Source: Squalus acanthias (taxonomy: Eukaryota). Taken from it: a DNA stretch of 64,000 nucleotides. Under the pieces are notes generated by a model that was given only the letters and a program-made list of their open reading frames with translations, searched no databases and was not told the DNA's origin. Made by a program: the position numbers and the translations under genes. Location of the stretch: positions 124,870,001 through 124,934,000 of the forward strand of contig CM059432.1 in assembly GCA_030390025.1 (NCBI GenBank), written 5' to 3'. Shown here piece after piece: positions 37,418 through 49,982 of this stretch (within the stretch, counting starts at the first letter, position 1; each line of letters starts with the position of its first letter).

Positions 37418-38482
37418 GGTACTGTGTCCATCCCCTTCAAATCTGCCGTCATCACCCCCCTCCTCAAGAAACCTACTCTTGACCCCTTTGTTCTTGCAAA
37501 TCACCACCCTATCTCCAACCTCCCTTCCCTCTCCAAAGTCCTTGAACATGCTGTCACCTGCCAAATCCATGCCCACCTTTGCCGCAACTCCATGTTTGAA
37601 CCCTTCCAATCAGGTTTCTGTCCCAGCCAGCACAGCACGGAAAAGACCCTTATCAAAGTCACAATTGACATCCTATGTGACTGTGACCATGGTAAACTAT
37701 TCCTCCTCATCCTTCTTGACCTGTTTGCAGTCTTTGACACATTTAACCACACCATCCTCCTCTAGCGCCTCTCCTATATTGTCCAGCTGGGTGGGACTGC
37801 ACGCGACTGGTTCCATTCCTATCTATCCAGTCGGAGCCAGAGAATCACCTACAATGGCTTCTCTTCCTGCTCCCGCACTGTTACCTCTGGAGTCCCCCAA
37901 AGACATATCCTTGGCCCCCTCTATTTCCTATCTACGTGCTGCCCCTCGGCGACATCATCGAAAAGGACAACATCAGGTTCCACATGTATGCTGATGACAC
38001 CCAGCTCCGCCTCACCACCTCTCTCAACCACTCCACTGCCTCTGATTTGTCACTCTGCTGGTCCGACATCCAGTATTGCATGAGCAGGTATTTCTTCTAA
38101 TTAAATATTGTGAAGACCAAAGCCATTGTCTTCGGTCCCTGCCACAAACTCCGCTCCCTAGCCACTGACTCTAACCCTCTCCCTGGCCACTGATTGAGGC
38201 TGAACCAGACTGTTTGCAACCTTGGAGTCCTATTTAATGCTGAGCTGAGCTTCCGACCCCATATCCACTCCATCACCAAGACCACCTACTTCCACCACCG
38301 TAACATTGCCCGACTCCGACCCTGCCTCAGCCCATCTGCTGCTGAAACCCTCAACATGCCTTTGTTATCTCTAGACTTGACTATTGCAATGCTCTCCTAG
38401 CCGACCTCCAACCTTGCACCCTTCATAAACTTGAGCTCATCCAAAACTCTGCTGCCCGTATCCCAACTTGCACCAAGTCCCT
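37418..38482 (+). mobile_element. Decayed L2 RT fragment
   Basis: PLLKKPTLDP, PISNLPSLSKVLE, QSGF, LLDL..FDT, YADD. Confidence 0.9.
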
Positions 38483-41400
38483 TACTTCCCAAGTATTATC
38501 TATCTTTTTATACACCTTAATTAACTTTACATTTGTGGCCTTCTGCTGCTCCAGAGCTAGACTGCCCACACCCACCATCGGGTCAGCAACTATAGCTGCA
38601 GGATCTGAAACAGCTATTTGCAATGACCCTGGGGAACTGACTCCACAGGCTATAGGTCAGCAAGGAGCCAGTTGCAGATCTGCGGGCAACTGCTCCAATT
38701 ACACCTGAAGCCAACTTGCCAGTGGCAGTCAAGGTCAACTCCTCTCTTAACAGTTTTGCCACCACCTTATGCCACGCACTGCTGGCCTCTGGGGAGGGTG
38801 CCCTGGAGTGGTAAACACCCACCCCTCATGCAGCAACACCTCCAATTCACACAGGAGGTTTGGGTGCTGTGCTGGTGCATCACGTACCAACACACTATTT
38901 CTGCCTCCACATTCATTTTGCCTTCTCTTGGGTTTTGCCAGCTACTTCTTTTGCACCACACAGACTTTGGAAAAGGCTGATAAATACCTGGGAAATATGT
39001 GCACATTTAAGAAAGGCTAAAACAATTTTCACCTCATCTCTTTCAGTTTTCCAGAAGCCCTTTAAGGGGTGTGATTCATGTCATTTCCTGCCACTGCCCA
39101 TTTTGAAAATCTCCCAGTGGCAGGCCCAAAATCGGCTGGGGGCGCACTTGAATATTTAATGAAGGCTGCTCATGGAAAGTCCAGGGAGGTCAGCGCTGCT
39201 CCAAATCAGCAAACATTGTGTTCACTGCTGCATTGCAGTGCTGGGTTGTAGCTGATGTAGAACATATATGCTATAGTGTAGCACCTGTAATTTAAAGGTG
39301 AATTCTAGTACATTGGAGTTCTAATCTATTCTTTTTTGACACCATTTGATCCCTGATAAGAGCAACTCTCGCTTCGGTAAAACTGATTTGACGACAGCGT
39401 TAAGGGAATTTCTATGATTTGGCGATCCCAGCAAGGAGTGGAACTTGCAGGCGTTTCCCGGGATGTACCCCTTGCCGGAACCACTCCCCATGAGGAACGG
39501 AGAATCACAGAATCGGCCCCAAAGCTCTACTGCACTGTAAAAATGGATACAGATTTCATCCGAATCCTTCAGTGTGGCTGTTTCTCATCTTCGTTCTCTT
39601 AAATGTGAAAAAACACCCCCCAAAAATAAAATAAGCAAACAAATAATGATTTGGAAGAGATTTTTGTGTTTCAAGATAAAACTGAAAAGAAAATTCAAAG
39701 CTCAGAGGATAAGTTCCTTTAGTCCACAGAATCCAGTCAAGTTTATTTTCAGCTGTCAGCCTGCCTTAGATGGGTTTTATTTCCTGCAAAAAAAACAAAA
39801 CAAAGTTACTGTTACTTCTACTACTCGGTACCACCAGTGTGGTGACATACAGGCTTGATGTATAATTTCCCTGGCTGTAATAATTCAAAAGCTACTCGCA
39901 GATCTCCAGAGGCACTGACCACGGTATGTTGGAGAATGGACTAGGGCCGATTTTAAGGGCCCCCGTCTGGTGTAAACGGGGCGATAGTGGCCTGACAATG
40001 GTATTGGATCACTTTACACTGCTGCTCCAGCCACTGCTATCTTGGTAGGATCCTGAGATGTGCGGCCAAAGCACCCGCCAGTTTCAGGTGGGAGGCCACT
40101 TGTAATACGCAAATCGGGATCCTATAACATACGTAGAACCCCGATTGCAATTCTGATGTACAAATGGACACAGTGGGCTGGATTTTCATTGACCCGTGGA
40201 GGCGGGTTTGGAGGCGTGTGGGGGGTTAAAATTGCAAAAACTGGCGGGCGGGCACAAGTCCGCCTCCATCCCGCCTCCACGCAATTTTGATGAAATCGTG
40301 TCTGCTGGTCCCGCCTGCGTCCCGCCTTTAAGAGACGGGATAGGCTGTTAAGGCCCTTAACAAGCACTAAATTGGCTCTATAATGCCATTTTGAAAGGCC
40401 TTTGTGATTTTAACCCTTGTTCTACGTGAAGCACGCCTGCTGTGAAACACGATTGTGAAACCTGGCGGGAGCACATTTGGATAGCTGACTATCAGTGGCT
40501 GCGCTGACTATCAGTGGCTGGCTGGCATCTGGGAGCGGTAGAGCAAAAAAAATTCTCTCTCTCTCTCTCTCTCTCTCTTCATTTTGCCTCCAGGTCCTTT
40601 CACAGCAAAGGCCAGGCAGTCTCTGAAGACCTTCAATGCAGCAGCAATGATGACATCATCAGAGGCGACTTTCAGACTGAAAACACTAATTGGTCATGGG
40701 TTCCCACATGCTGGAACTCAATTGCCCAGTTAGGTGAAAATTGCATCAATCTCCCACATCCAATTGCAGTCGGGTGGATAACACGAAAAGCGGATAACAC
40801 GACCCCAACCCGCCCCAGTATCAAAATCCAGCCCAGTGTGTCACACAGGCTCCGCCTATTTGCACCAGGCACTGAAGAGCCTAACCAGCAGTCCTTAAAG
40901 GGCCGGGGGCCACTCAGAAAGCAGCCAAAGTTTCTTTTTAACTTTTATTTTTGTGGGGTCAGGAAAAGGGGGTGTAATTGACACTACATCATTTTCAGGC
41001 TTCTATTCTCTCATTTAAGCCAGGCAGGGGGCCCTTAAAGTCAACCCTAACGTTTTCATCCTACTTACTACAATCAGTGTCACAGGAGATCTGCTGGTAA
41101 CTCTTTGAATAGGTGTTATTCTGCTGCTAAGGTGCAGCTATGTGTAACCTGGCCTGTCTCTAAGCGCTAATTGCTGTAAATAGGCACATCCTGAGGACAG
41201 ACTAAATTACTGGATACATTTCTCTGTAGATTGGCAGGGTCAGAAAAAAACAATGGGAAATGACTGGCTTTCTAGTGGTAATGTTACGAGTTTGCACTCC
41301 CAGCGTGGAGCTTTGCCTGCAAAGAGCACACATCAATAGATCAGGTGCACGGTCCCATGATTTGCTGTCTGGTTGATGTCGCTTTTAAAACATTGTGGCG

Positions 41401-42118
41401 TGGAAGCTTACGCGTGACACCCAAAATCTGACGGCGGCGACTCAAAACTTTTATATTTACTAGCTGATCTCCCACGGCATTGACCCCGATGAGTCTGGGG
41501 ATATCCTGGGGGTAATTTTCCACCTGGCTGCCTGGGCGGTGATGTGGCGGAGTGGATTGTAAAACTCACCTGATTTCATTCCAGTCAAATCAATGGAATT
41601 AAAATGGGCCGAGTTCCATAACAGGCGGGCGATCCACTCCGCCAGATTACTGCCCAGGCGGCCAAGTGGAAAAATTACTCCCATTGTTTTACAGAGACAA
41701 CAGTATTACATCATGCAGCACAAAATTATTCTGCTGCTGTGTGTCTTAAGGCTGTAAACAGGCCCATCATATTGGTAGGGAAGATATTCCAGTGTCTGCC
41801 AATTAACTACCGAAAAATGTAGCCATAAACCCTTTTAACTGCAGTTCAATGCACATTGCAATACATACTCCTTCTGTATTACGAAGTGCTGGTCTAAACA
41901 GTTTTCTTCAAAGACATGGCTTTGATATTCAATATTTACCTCAACCGTATACATTCCTATTCCTTTTACTAAATATGAAGATGAATGGCCAAAGCTTTTA
42001 TTCCAGCTCAGCAAATTGTTGTAAATACTTTTTAAAAATTTGGTTACTCACTATAGGACGAGTTAACTTTGGGTTGTGATAAAACAGATCTGATTAATTC
42101 AGATGAATCAACAGATGG

Positions 42119-42159
42119 CTATTTCAAGTCGTCTGCTGTGGTGTGGCTGCTTGAAGTTT
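42119..42159 (-). CDS. RGS22: Candidate terminal coding exon of RGS22
   Basis: Strong acceptor TTTTCTCTTCACAG. A phase-1 join to 53523 gives ETSSSHTTADDLK*. No recognisable homology. Confidence 0.3.
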
Positions 42160-42572
42160 CTGTGAAGAGAAAAGTTATTGTTGATGTTAATGTTAAGTTC
42201 CCAGGAATGGAAAATGGACTGTCACAAGGAGCACCAGTACTTCCTGAAGGGTTTTTTTTGGGCATGTTTTGAAGACTCATAACTCAAAAGTGCCACCCAC
42301 CTTAGATTTTTTGATTTTTGCGCTCAATTTGAGGCTGTATGGCAAGGCTTTCAATTGATGTTGCACCTTGAATGTATGCCGTGCTGAAGTATGGTTATGC
42401 ATAGTAAGCAATAATGTTGTATGGTTGTGTGAGGGCTTGGTCTGGACCTGTAGTAAATGTAGAAGAGGTTGACATGCAATACTTTGTGGCATGCATGCCA
42501 TCTATCTCACAAATGGTACTGTTGGCTAGTGTTATCTTGGTGGCTCCCTTAATATGTGCTATCTTTTTCTGT

Positions 42573-42930
42573 AATAGAAACAGAAAATCCTGGAAATACT
42601 CAGCAGGTCAGGCAGCATCGTTGAGAGAGAAACAGAGTTAACATTTTCAGGTTGATGACCCTTCGTCAGAACTGGAAAAAGTTAGAGATGTAACAGGTTT
42701 TCAGCAAGTGCAGGGGCAGGGAAAGGAGGGAGGGGAGGAAAGAACATAAGGGAAGGCCTGTACAATCATACCTGTTGTCATTTAATCTCGCCTGCCTTCC
42801 ACCCGATCACAGACCTTCCCTTTCGTTCTTTCCTCCCCTCCCCCTTTTCCCTGCCTCTGTACTTGCTTAAAACCTGTTACATCTCTAACTTTTTTCCAGT
42901 TCTGACGAAAGGTCGTCGACCTGAAACGTG
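42573..42930. mobile_element. Penelope family B inverted terminal repeats with hammerheads on both strands
   Basis: Minus-strand CTGACGA-AGGGTC-ATC-AACCT-GAAA at about 42672-42637. Plus-strand CTGACGA-A-AGGTC-GTC-GACCT-GAAA-CGT at about 42899-42929. Confidence 0.8.
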
Positions 42931-44780
42931 GGGGGTGATTTTATCAATGGGGACGTGATGGAGGCGGGACTGCTGCTTGTCGGGTTTTAGTCCCGCCTCC
43001 ATCGACGTCTGGCCAACCCACGCTATTTTCCCTTGATTGACCTTGTTAAGCCCGCCCAGCGGGCTTAGCAGGCCAATTAAGGGAAAGCCGGTGAAAGAGA
43101 ACGTCAGCGTATGACGTTTCATCTGTCAAAAATTTTTGACAGATGAATTGTTATTGTTTGACAGCTTTGAGAAGCTGTCAAACACTGACAATCTCTGTTC
43201 TTTGGTGAGTCCTTGTACTCAAGACTCACCAAACCTCTTTCCTGAGCAGAAATCAGATGGCTGTTGCATCGGAGAATGCAGCAGCCATTCTGTCATCTCT
43301 GCCGTGGCGATGAGGCAGCTCCGCAGCCTAAAGGGATGAAGCCTGGAGGAAGAAGCAAAGGTAAGTAATCTTATTAAAACACTTTAGACTCACCTCACAC
43401 ACTTGCCTCTCCACACTTGCACTCATCACTCACCTGCACACTGGACATTTCAGCCCCTCCGACCCCCGCAGACCCACAGCTCGCCTCGCTGACTCTGGTG
43501 AGGTTCAGAGCCATCGGGAAGCCCACACTTTAGGGCTCAAAATAGGGATTAGCCAAAAAACTGCCTGTTAACTACCTGTTAACAGGCAGTTAATTGGCAC
43601 TAATCCCCTTCCCGCCTCGAGGAGACGGGACCCGCCTCCTGGGAAGATGGCACGGAGGTGGGTTGGGGGCGGGATGGGTACCTGCTCCCAGATTCTGCCA
43701 TTTTCCCGGCAGTCCCGCCTCCATACCCGCCTCCCCAGGGCTGGCAAAATCGCCCCCGTTAACTCTGTTTCTCTCTCCACAGATGCCGCCTGACCTGCTG
43801 AGTGTTTCCAGCATGTTCTGTTTCTATTTCAGATTTCCACCCACCCACGGTATTTTGCTGTTCTATCTTTTTCTGTATCTGTTCCCAGGCAGTTTACATG
43901 GTTTTGAGCCTGGTCACCATCTTCTGCCAGGCATGCTGCCCTCTTGTCTTCTGGGGAAGATGTCCTGGCATGGCAAAGAGGGTAAACCTTTTTGAGGCCA
44001 CCTCATGAAGCAGCACCTCCACTTCGCCAGTCATCAAACAAGGCTTGTGTGCGATGCCGCTTAATCACTTGCCCACAGACATAGTTCCCCGTCTCCAAAT
44101 TTGTTTTACTTTTCCCTTGACTTTTGGCAGCCACATCATTCTCCCCACAAAGCCTTTGGAAGGGTTGACAAATATTTTAAGACTAGCGGTACCCATTGGA
44201 ATGGCTGAAATGCTTTTGCTCCTTTATGTGTACCTTTCAGCAGCTACATCTCGTCAATCTTTTGCAGCAACCCTTTAAGGACTTCTTACTCACGTCAAAT
44301 CTTGACCTCGCCCCTTCAGTGAGATCTCACCTGCACACCAATGCTCTCTTGCGCGGCTGTGCAGTAATTTGCAAGGTAGCGCGCAGGCCACTCACAAATT
44401 TTTCCATTTGAAATACCGCAGAAATTTAAAGCGCATTGAAATAAACAGGGCGCGCACAACAAAGACAATTTAAAGGGAACATTGCTGCACACACAAACTA
44501 GGCAGGGAGCTTGTCAGTCTTATGTAAATGGGAACATTCTGTAAAATCACACAGGCTCAGTCTTTGGCAGAAACAACAAGCCTAACACTCACTCCGAGCT
44601 GACCTCACTGCCTCTGGAAAATTGGCACTTTAGTTAAGAATTTGCTGGAAGAACTATGAACCCTTAACAGTCAATCAAGCTTATGTAGGGTAGATTGCTG
44701 ACTTGCTGTACAATGTCTTGCCTATGTTATTACTGCAGTGAATCATTTTATTTAATAAATAAATCTAAATATTAGTCAGC

Positions 44781-45900
44781 AGGGGTGAAATTGGATAGCG
44801 TGAAAAAACGGACGCGGGCACTGCGATGTGAGATGTGCCTGTTCAAGGAGTGCAGTCAGCATGTCAACTTTGTGCTGACTGCTAATTATAATGATTGTAC
44901 AGCACAGCCAGGCGCTGAACACCCTGCTGACAGGCTGTGCGCTCAGCAGGGGGCCAAAGATCGCGTTGTTCGAGCAAGGCTGGCTTTACTTAAAGCTAGC
45001 CTGCTCCTCTTAAAGGCAGTCTGCACCTCTTAAAGGTGAGCTGCCTTCTGCTGATGAAAAATGGTAAAAGTGCTTCAGCACTAACCCAAGTGGTTCAACA
45101 GGCCAGGGAAAGGGCACCCAGGGTCTCGGACGCAGCTCTCCAGCTTTGTGCAGAGGGTGAACACTGCAAGAGAGGTCCTCTACCCACACGGGCCAGGAGG
45201 CCCTCCAGAAAGAAGGATGTGGGACCAGATCACCGAGGCCGTCACTGACAGCAGTGTTACCCCCATGACCTGACTCCAGAACACAAAGAAGCTTCAAGAC
45301 CTCAGACCAGTGGTCAAGGTCAGTGAATACATCCTGAAAAGTCGTCTCCTACCAACTGCACCACTAGCCTCACACACTGCTCAATGCACGACGCCCCCCC
45401 CACCCCCCCCCAATCACTCACCTACCAACAATCTGCACCAAACACGAGGCACACCTCACATTCCTAGCTTCACCTCACCCCCTTGGAGGAGCTGGCCATT
45501 CTTGGCAGGGACATGGCTGAGCCCTTGGTGAGTGGCGGGGCTGAAAGAATACGAGATGCTTGGTATCCTCATATGTTATCCTCCTTCTCTCATGCACCTC
45601 TTGCTTTCCTGCCCTCCCTTTACCACAACTCCACCCTTGTGCCTTCCTCATTTCACACACCCAAAAAATGCAGGCTTCCCAGCCAGTGGTTGGCCAAGAA
45701 GAGGGAAAGGAAAGTGAAGAAGAAGAAGAAGAAGAAACACCGTCACTTGATTTCACACTCCCAGCCACCAGCTCCTCAAGGTTATCCTGCAAGGCCATTT
45801 GCAGTGTCCCCCCACTGAAAGTCAGCAGCCTTCCATCAGCCATGCTGCAGCCACTGGGGTAGCCCTGCATGACATCAGTAGGATAGGCAAAGGCACAGAC
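44781..45900 (+). mobile_element. PIF/Harbinger remnant with a decayed Myb/SANT-like ORF
   Basis: Starts GGGGTGAAATT. ARERAPRVSDAAL...REVLYP...RRPSR...WDQITEAV resembles the Harbinger Myb-like protein N-terminus, followed by an acidic tract. Confidence 0.65.
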
Positions 45901-46391
45901 ACAAGACAGTCACTAAGGGAATGCATAAGGGCGATGAGTTGATTTCTTGATGTCATATTGGATGGATAGATGTATAAAGTTGGATTGGAAAGTTTGCTTT
46001 GTGGTGGCTTTTATTTCAGCATTGTGGCCAAGAGGATGCTGTGATGGTCAGCAACAGAGCGAAGGTAAGGTGTGGGACATATGTTGAAAGGGGAATTGGG
46101 GTTGTGGTCACTGGGACCGCAGGCAGATGATTCCATCCCGGATATCACGGCCAGAAAGGTGCAGTCTGGGTTGCATCCTTCCTTCTGCTTCCTTCTCTTC
46201 TGTGTCTTCCTCTTCTGCGTCTTCCTCGTCTGCGTTTTCCTCTTCCCTCTGCGAGTGGATGCTGTAAATCTGAAATAAAAGCATAAATTGCTGGAAATAC
46301 TCAGCAGGTCAGGCAGCATCTCGCCCTGAAACGTTAACTCTGGGTCTCTCTCCACGGATGCTGCCTGACCTGTTGAGTATTTCTAACATTT

Positions 46392-47111
46392 GGGGGGAAA
46401 AATTCGGTTCCTTTGCGTCTCCCGTTAGCGCCCTAAGAGGGCGCTAACGGGGCGCAAAACAACTTGCGCCCGTGCGCGGCGCCGCTAGCACTGCTAGCGC
46501 CTCCATCAAAATTTAGCGGGAGGTTAGCGGCGGCGGTAACCGGTAGAGCCCTGCGCCGCTGGCAATTATGTCATCGCTGTGCGCAGCTCCCCGCTCGTGC
46601 CCCGGCCACGATCTTCGGGAGCGCACCCTGACTTACCGCCGGACGCTATGTTCAACGGGGTCAGGGGGGCCTACCTGTGGCCGGGGAGGCGCTATTTAAA
46701 GGCGAGGTGCGGGGCGGCCATTTTTGTTGCTGGCCGCCTGCCAGCACCTGCCTCCGCTCCCGTCCCCGGCCTCTTTACCCGCTCCCCCCCACGGAGTGCT
46801 GGCTGCGCTCCATGAGCCTGGCACTTCTCAAGTGCCGGGCTCTTTTGCCGGCACTCCCGATCCCCGGGGGCCCAGCTGGGCCCCGGGTCGCGCTGCGCAA
46901 GGCCCCTCCCTTTTAAGAAGGGGAGGAAGGCCCGTAGCACCACGATATTCCCTCACAGCGCCCCAAGAGGGAGGCGGGGCACTTCCAGTAGCGCCCCGCT
47001 TCCCTCTTGGGGTGCTACCACTCAATTTCCGTCACGGGAGGGGGGGGCGCTAATTTTTCCGGGGCGCTTAAAGTAGCGCCCCAGCAAAGTTAGCGCCTCA
47101 ACTTTTAGCCC
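46392..47111 (+). mobile_element. GC-rich MITE (family X)
   Basis: Starts GGGGGGAAAAATTCGG; co-linear with 48878-49621. Confidence 0.8.
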
Positions 47112-48399
47112 TAAAAGTTTAAATACAAACTTACCTGAAAGATATGTGTGTCCCTTTAAGAAGTGCTGACAGCATCTCTGTCAGTCTGCTGAATGCTGGG
47201 TTTTCATGGCGAGCTTAGGACCCAGCGCTAAGGTCGAGGTTCGCAGAGTGTGACGTTAAGTCGGCGTGACGTCACACTCTCCCCATTTGCATCTCCAGGG
47301 CCAGCGCTGCTATCGGCAGCATTAAGGCCCTCACCAAAATGGCGGCCATCAGTCCCGCGCCAGAGGAGGGCGTTAGAGTGGCAGCCGTCATTTTTGGCCA
47401 GGATTGTGGCACTAACTCGTGGCGTTAAGGTAGGGAATTTCTGGGTCCTGATGTTTTATTGTTCCTAACATTGTTTGTTGCAGGTGTGTTCAGAGTGGTA
47501 CCCCGGTGATTCCCATTTGTCACAGGGTATGGGGTGGTGTTTCTTCCCTTGTTTAGTCACAGGACAGCCTTTAGAAGAACTGCAGCCCTTTAAGAGCTGG
47601 ATATCCTGATATTCCAAACCTGACCTTTCTGCGTTTTCACTGTGTCATGTTTTGTACACAGAGTGCCGCCGTTTCATCTAAATGAACTAACCTCACTAGC
47701 ACGCGGTCACTCCTCTGCACTACTGGTGCACAGTGTCTAAGGAGCAACAGACCGTTGCCAGGACAGCATTATTGGCCCCATGATTTATGCCATAAAATTC
47801 TGGTTCTCAGTAATTTACACCAGTCTCAGGGTTTACTATTATGTATATTTGTAAGGAAATAAGAACATTGTTCAATATATTGTGAATGTACTGTTATATT
47901 CCTGCTATGGAGACTGTGCAGTTGTAAGTCTTTTCTGAGTAGGTTTAAAGTTTGCATCTGGGAACACAGGAAGATTTGACCAACACCTGCTTTGACTAGA
48001 TCCAGTCCCTAATCATTGTCTAAATTTGAAGATTTTATGGCCAAGCTGAAAATTTCTCTATCCATTTTAATTTCAGTCAAAACTCACACTTATGCCCAAA
48101 AACGCAATTTCCCACCTGTCAAACAACAAGCAGGAAATTTGCCAACATCTGAATGATTCCTTTCACTATTTTGTGGCAGATATTCCAATTCTGAATAGAA
48201 TAGATTTTACTGTAATATTAACTTCTCAGGTCCTGCAACATTTAGGTGCAGAGTAAAGCTCACTCTGTATTGTTCCAGCAAAAACTGCCTTAAAGGGGAA
48301 GGATACTCTTTGGAAAAGTACTTTCAGTATGAAGTTCTTTCTCTTAGATGTTTCAGCTGCAGAATGTATGTCAGGATTAATTACTACCAGGATGCATTC

Positions 48400-48780
48400 T
48401 TACATAGGATATACGGCATAGAAATAGACCATTTGGCCCAACCAGTCCATGCCGGCGTTTATGCTCCACTCGAGCCTCCTCCCGTCTTTCCTCATCTAAA
48501 TCTATCAGCATAACCCCCTATTTCCTTCTCCCTCCATATTCTTATCTAGCCTCCCCTTAAATGCATCTATACTATTCGCTTCAACCACTCCCTGTGGCAG
48601 TGAGTTCCACATTCTCACCACTCTCTGGGTAAAGAAGTTTCTTCTGAATTCCCTATTTAATTTCTTGGTGACTATCTTATATTGATGGCCTCTAGTTTTG
48701 CTCTTCCCCACAAGTGGAAACACTCTCTCTATATCTACTCTATCAAAACCATTCATAATTTTAAAGACCTCTCTTAGGTC
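48400..48780 (-). mobile_element. CR1 3' fragment
   Basis: DLREVFKIMNG...NFFTQRVVRMWNSLP. Confidence 0.9.
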
Positions 48781-48877
48781 ATTCTTAAGAAGATCCAATA
48801 GTGCAGTTCACATGAGGGGCCTGATGTGCTTACCTGATATCAGGTCTGGGTTCTGTCAGTAATCATATAGAGTCATA

Positions 48878-49980
48878 GAGGGAAAGATTCGGTTGCTTTG
48901 CGCCTCCTGTTAGCGCCCTAAGAGGGCGTTAACGAGGCGCAAAGCTACTAGCGCCCGGGCGTGGCACCGCTAACGCCTCCCGCGAAATTCAGCGGGAGGT
49001 TTGCGGCAGTGGTAACCGTTAGCGCCCCGCAGCGCTGCGCTGCCGGCGATGATGTCATCGCCGTGTGCAGCGCCCCGCTCACACCCCGTCCGCGATCTTC
49101 GGTAGCGCCCCCTGACTTACCGCCGGACGCTATGTCCAATGGGGTCAGGGGGGGCCTACCTGCGGCCAGGGCGGTGCTAATTAAAGGCGAGGTGCCGGGC
49201 GGCTGTTTTTGTTGCTGACCGCCTGCCAGCACCTGCCCGCTTTGCCGTCCCCGGCCTTCTGTGAAGCCCCCCCCCGCGGAGTGCCGGCTGCGCACCGTGA
49301 CCCCGGCACTTCTTGAGTGCCGGGCTCTTTTGCCGGCACTCCCAATCCCCGGTGGCCCAGCTGGGCCCCGGGTCGCGCTGCACAAGGCCCCTCCCCTTTA
49401 AGAAGGGGAGGAAAGTCTGCAATACCGCGGCACATAGCGCCGTGATATTCCATCGCAGCGCCCCAAGAGGGAGGCGGGGCCGCTTGCAGTAGCGCCCCGC
49501 TTCCCTCTTGGGGCGCTACCATTCAATTTCGGCCACAGGGGTGCTAATTTTTTCGAGGCGCTAAAAGTAGCGCCCCAGCGAAGCTAGCGCCCCAAAGGGG
49601 GTGCGACTCAATTTTTCCCTCATAGAGTCATAGGGGGGAAAATTGAGTAGCATCCCCTTCGGGGTGCTAACTTCGCCGGGACGCTACTTTTAGCGCCCCA
49701 TAAAAATTAGCACCCCCGCGGCCGAATTTCATCGGTAGCACCCCAAGAGGGAAGCGGAACGCTACTGGAAGCGCCCCGACTCCCTCTTTGGGTGCTGCGA
49801 GGGAATATCACAGCGCTGCGGCACGTTGCGCTGCGGTACTGCAGGCCTTCCTCCCCTTCTTAAAGGGGAGGGGCCTAGCGCAGCGCAACCGAGGGATTGG
49901 AGTGCCGGCAAAAGAGCCTGGCACTCAAGAGAAGTGCCGGGCTCACGGAGCGCAGCTGGCACTCTGCGAGGGGGCTGCTG
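48878..49980. mobile_element. Two opposed family X MITEs (48878-49621; 49633-49980 truncated) in a CR1 (TCATAGAG)n tail
   Basis: Termini GAGGGAAAGATT...AATTTTTCCCTC, a CATAGAGTCATA spacer, then GGGGGGAAAATT starting an inverted copy. Confidence 0.78.
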
Positions 49981-49982
49981 AG

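Noticed and set aside
37038..37994. 318-aa Ser/Pro-rich ORF
   Set aside because: Mostly an off-frame reading of a decayed L2.
47692..48860. Additional small RGS22 exons (about 48833-48851 and 47692-47736, minus strand)
   Set aside because: Plausible splice signals but no homology, so they cannot be supported.
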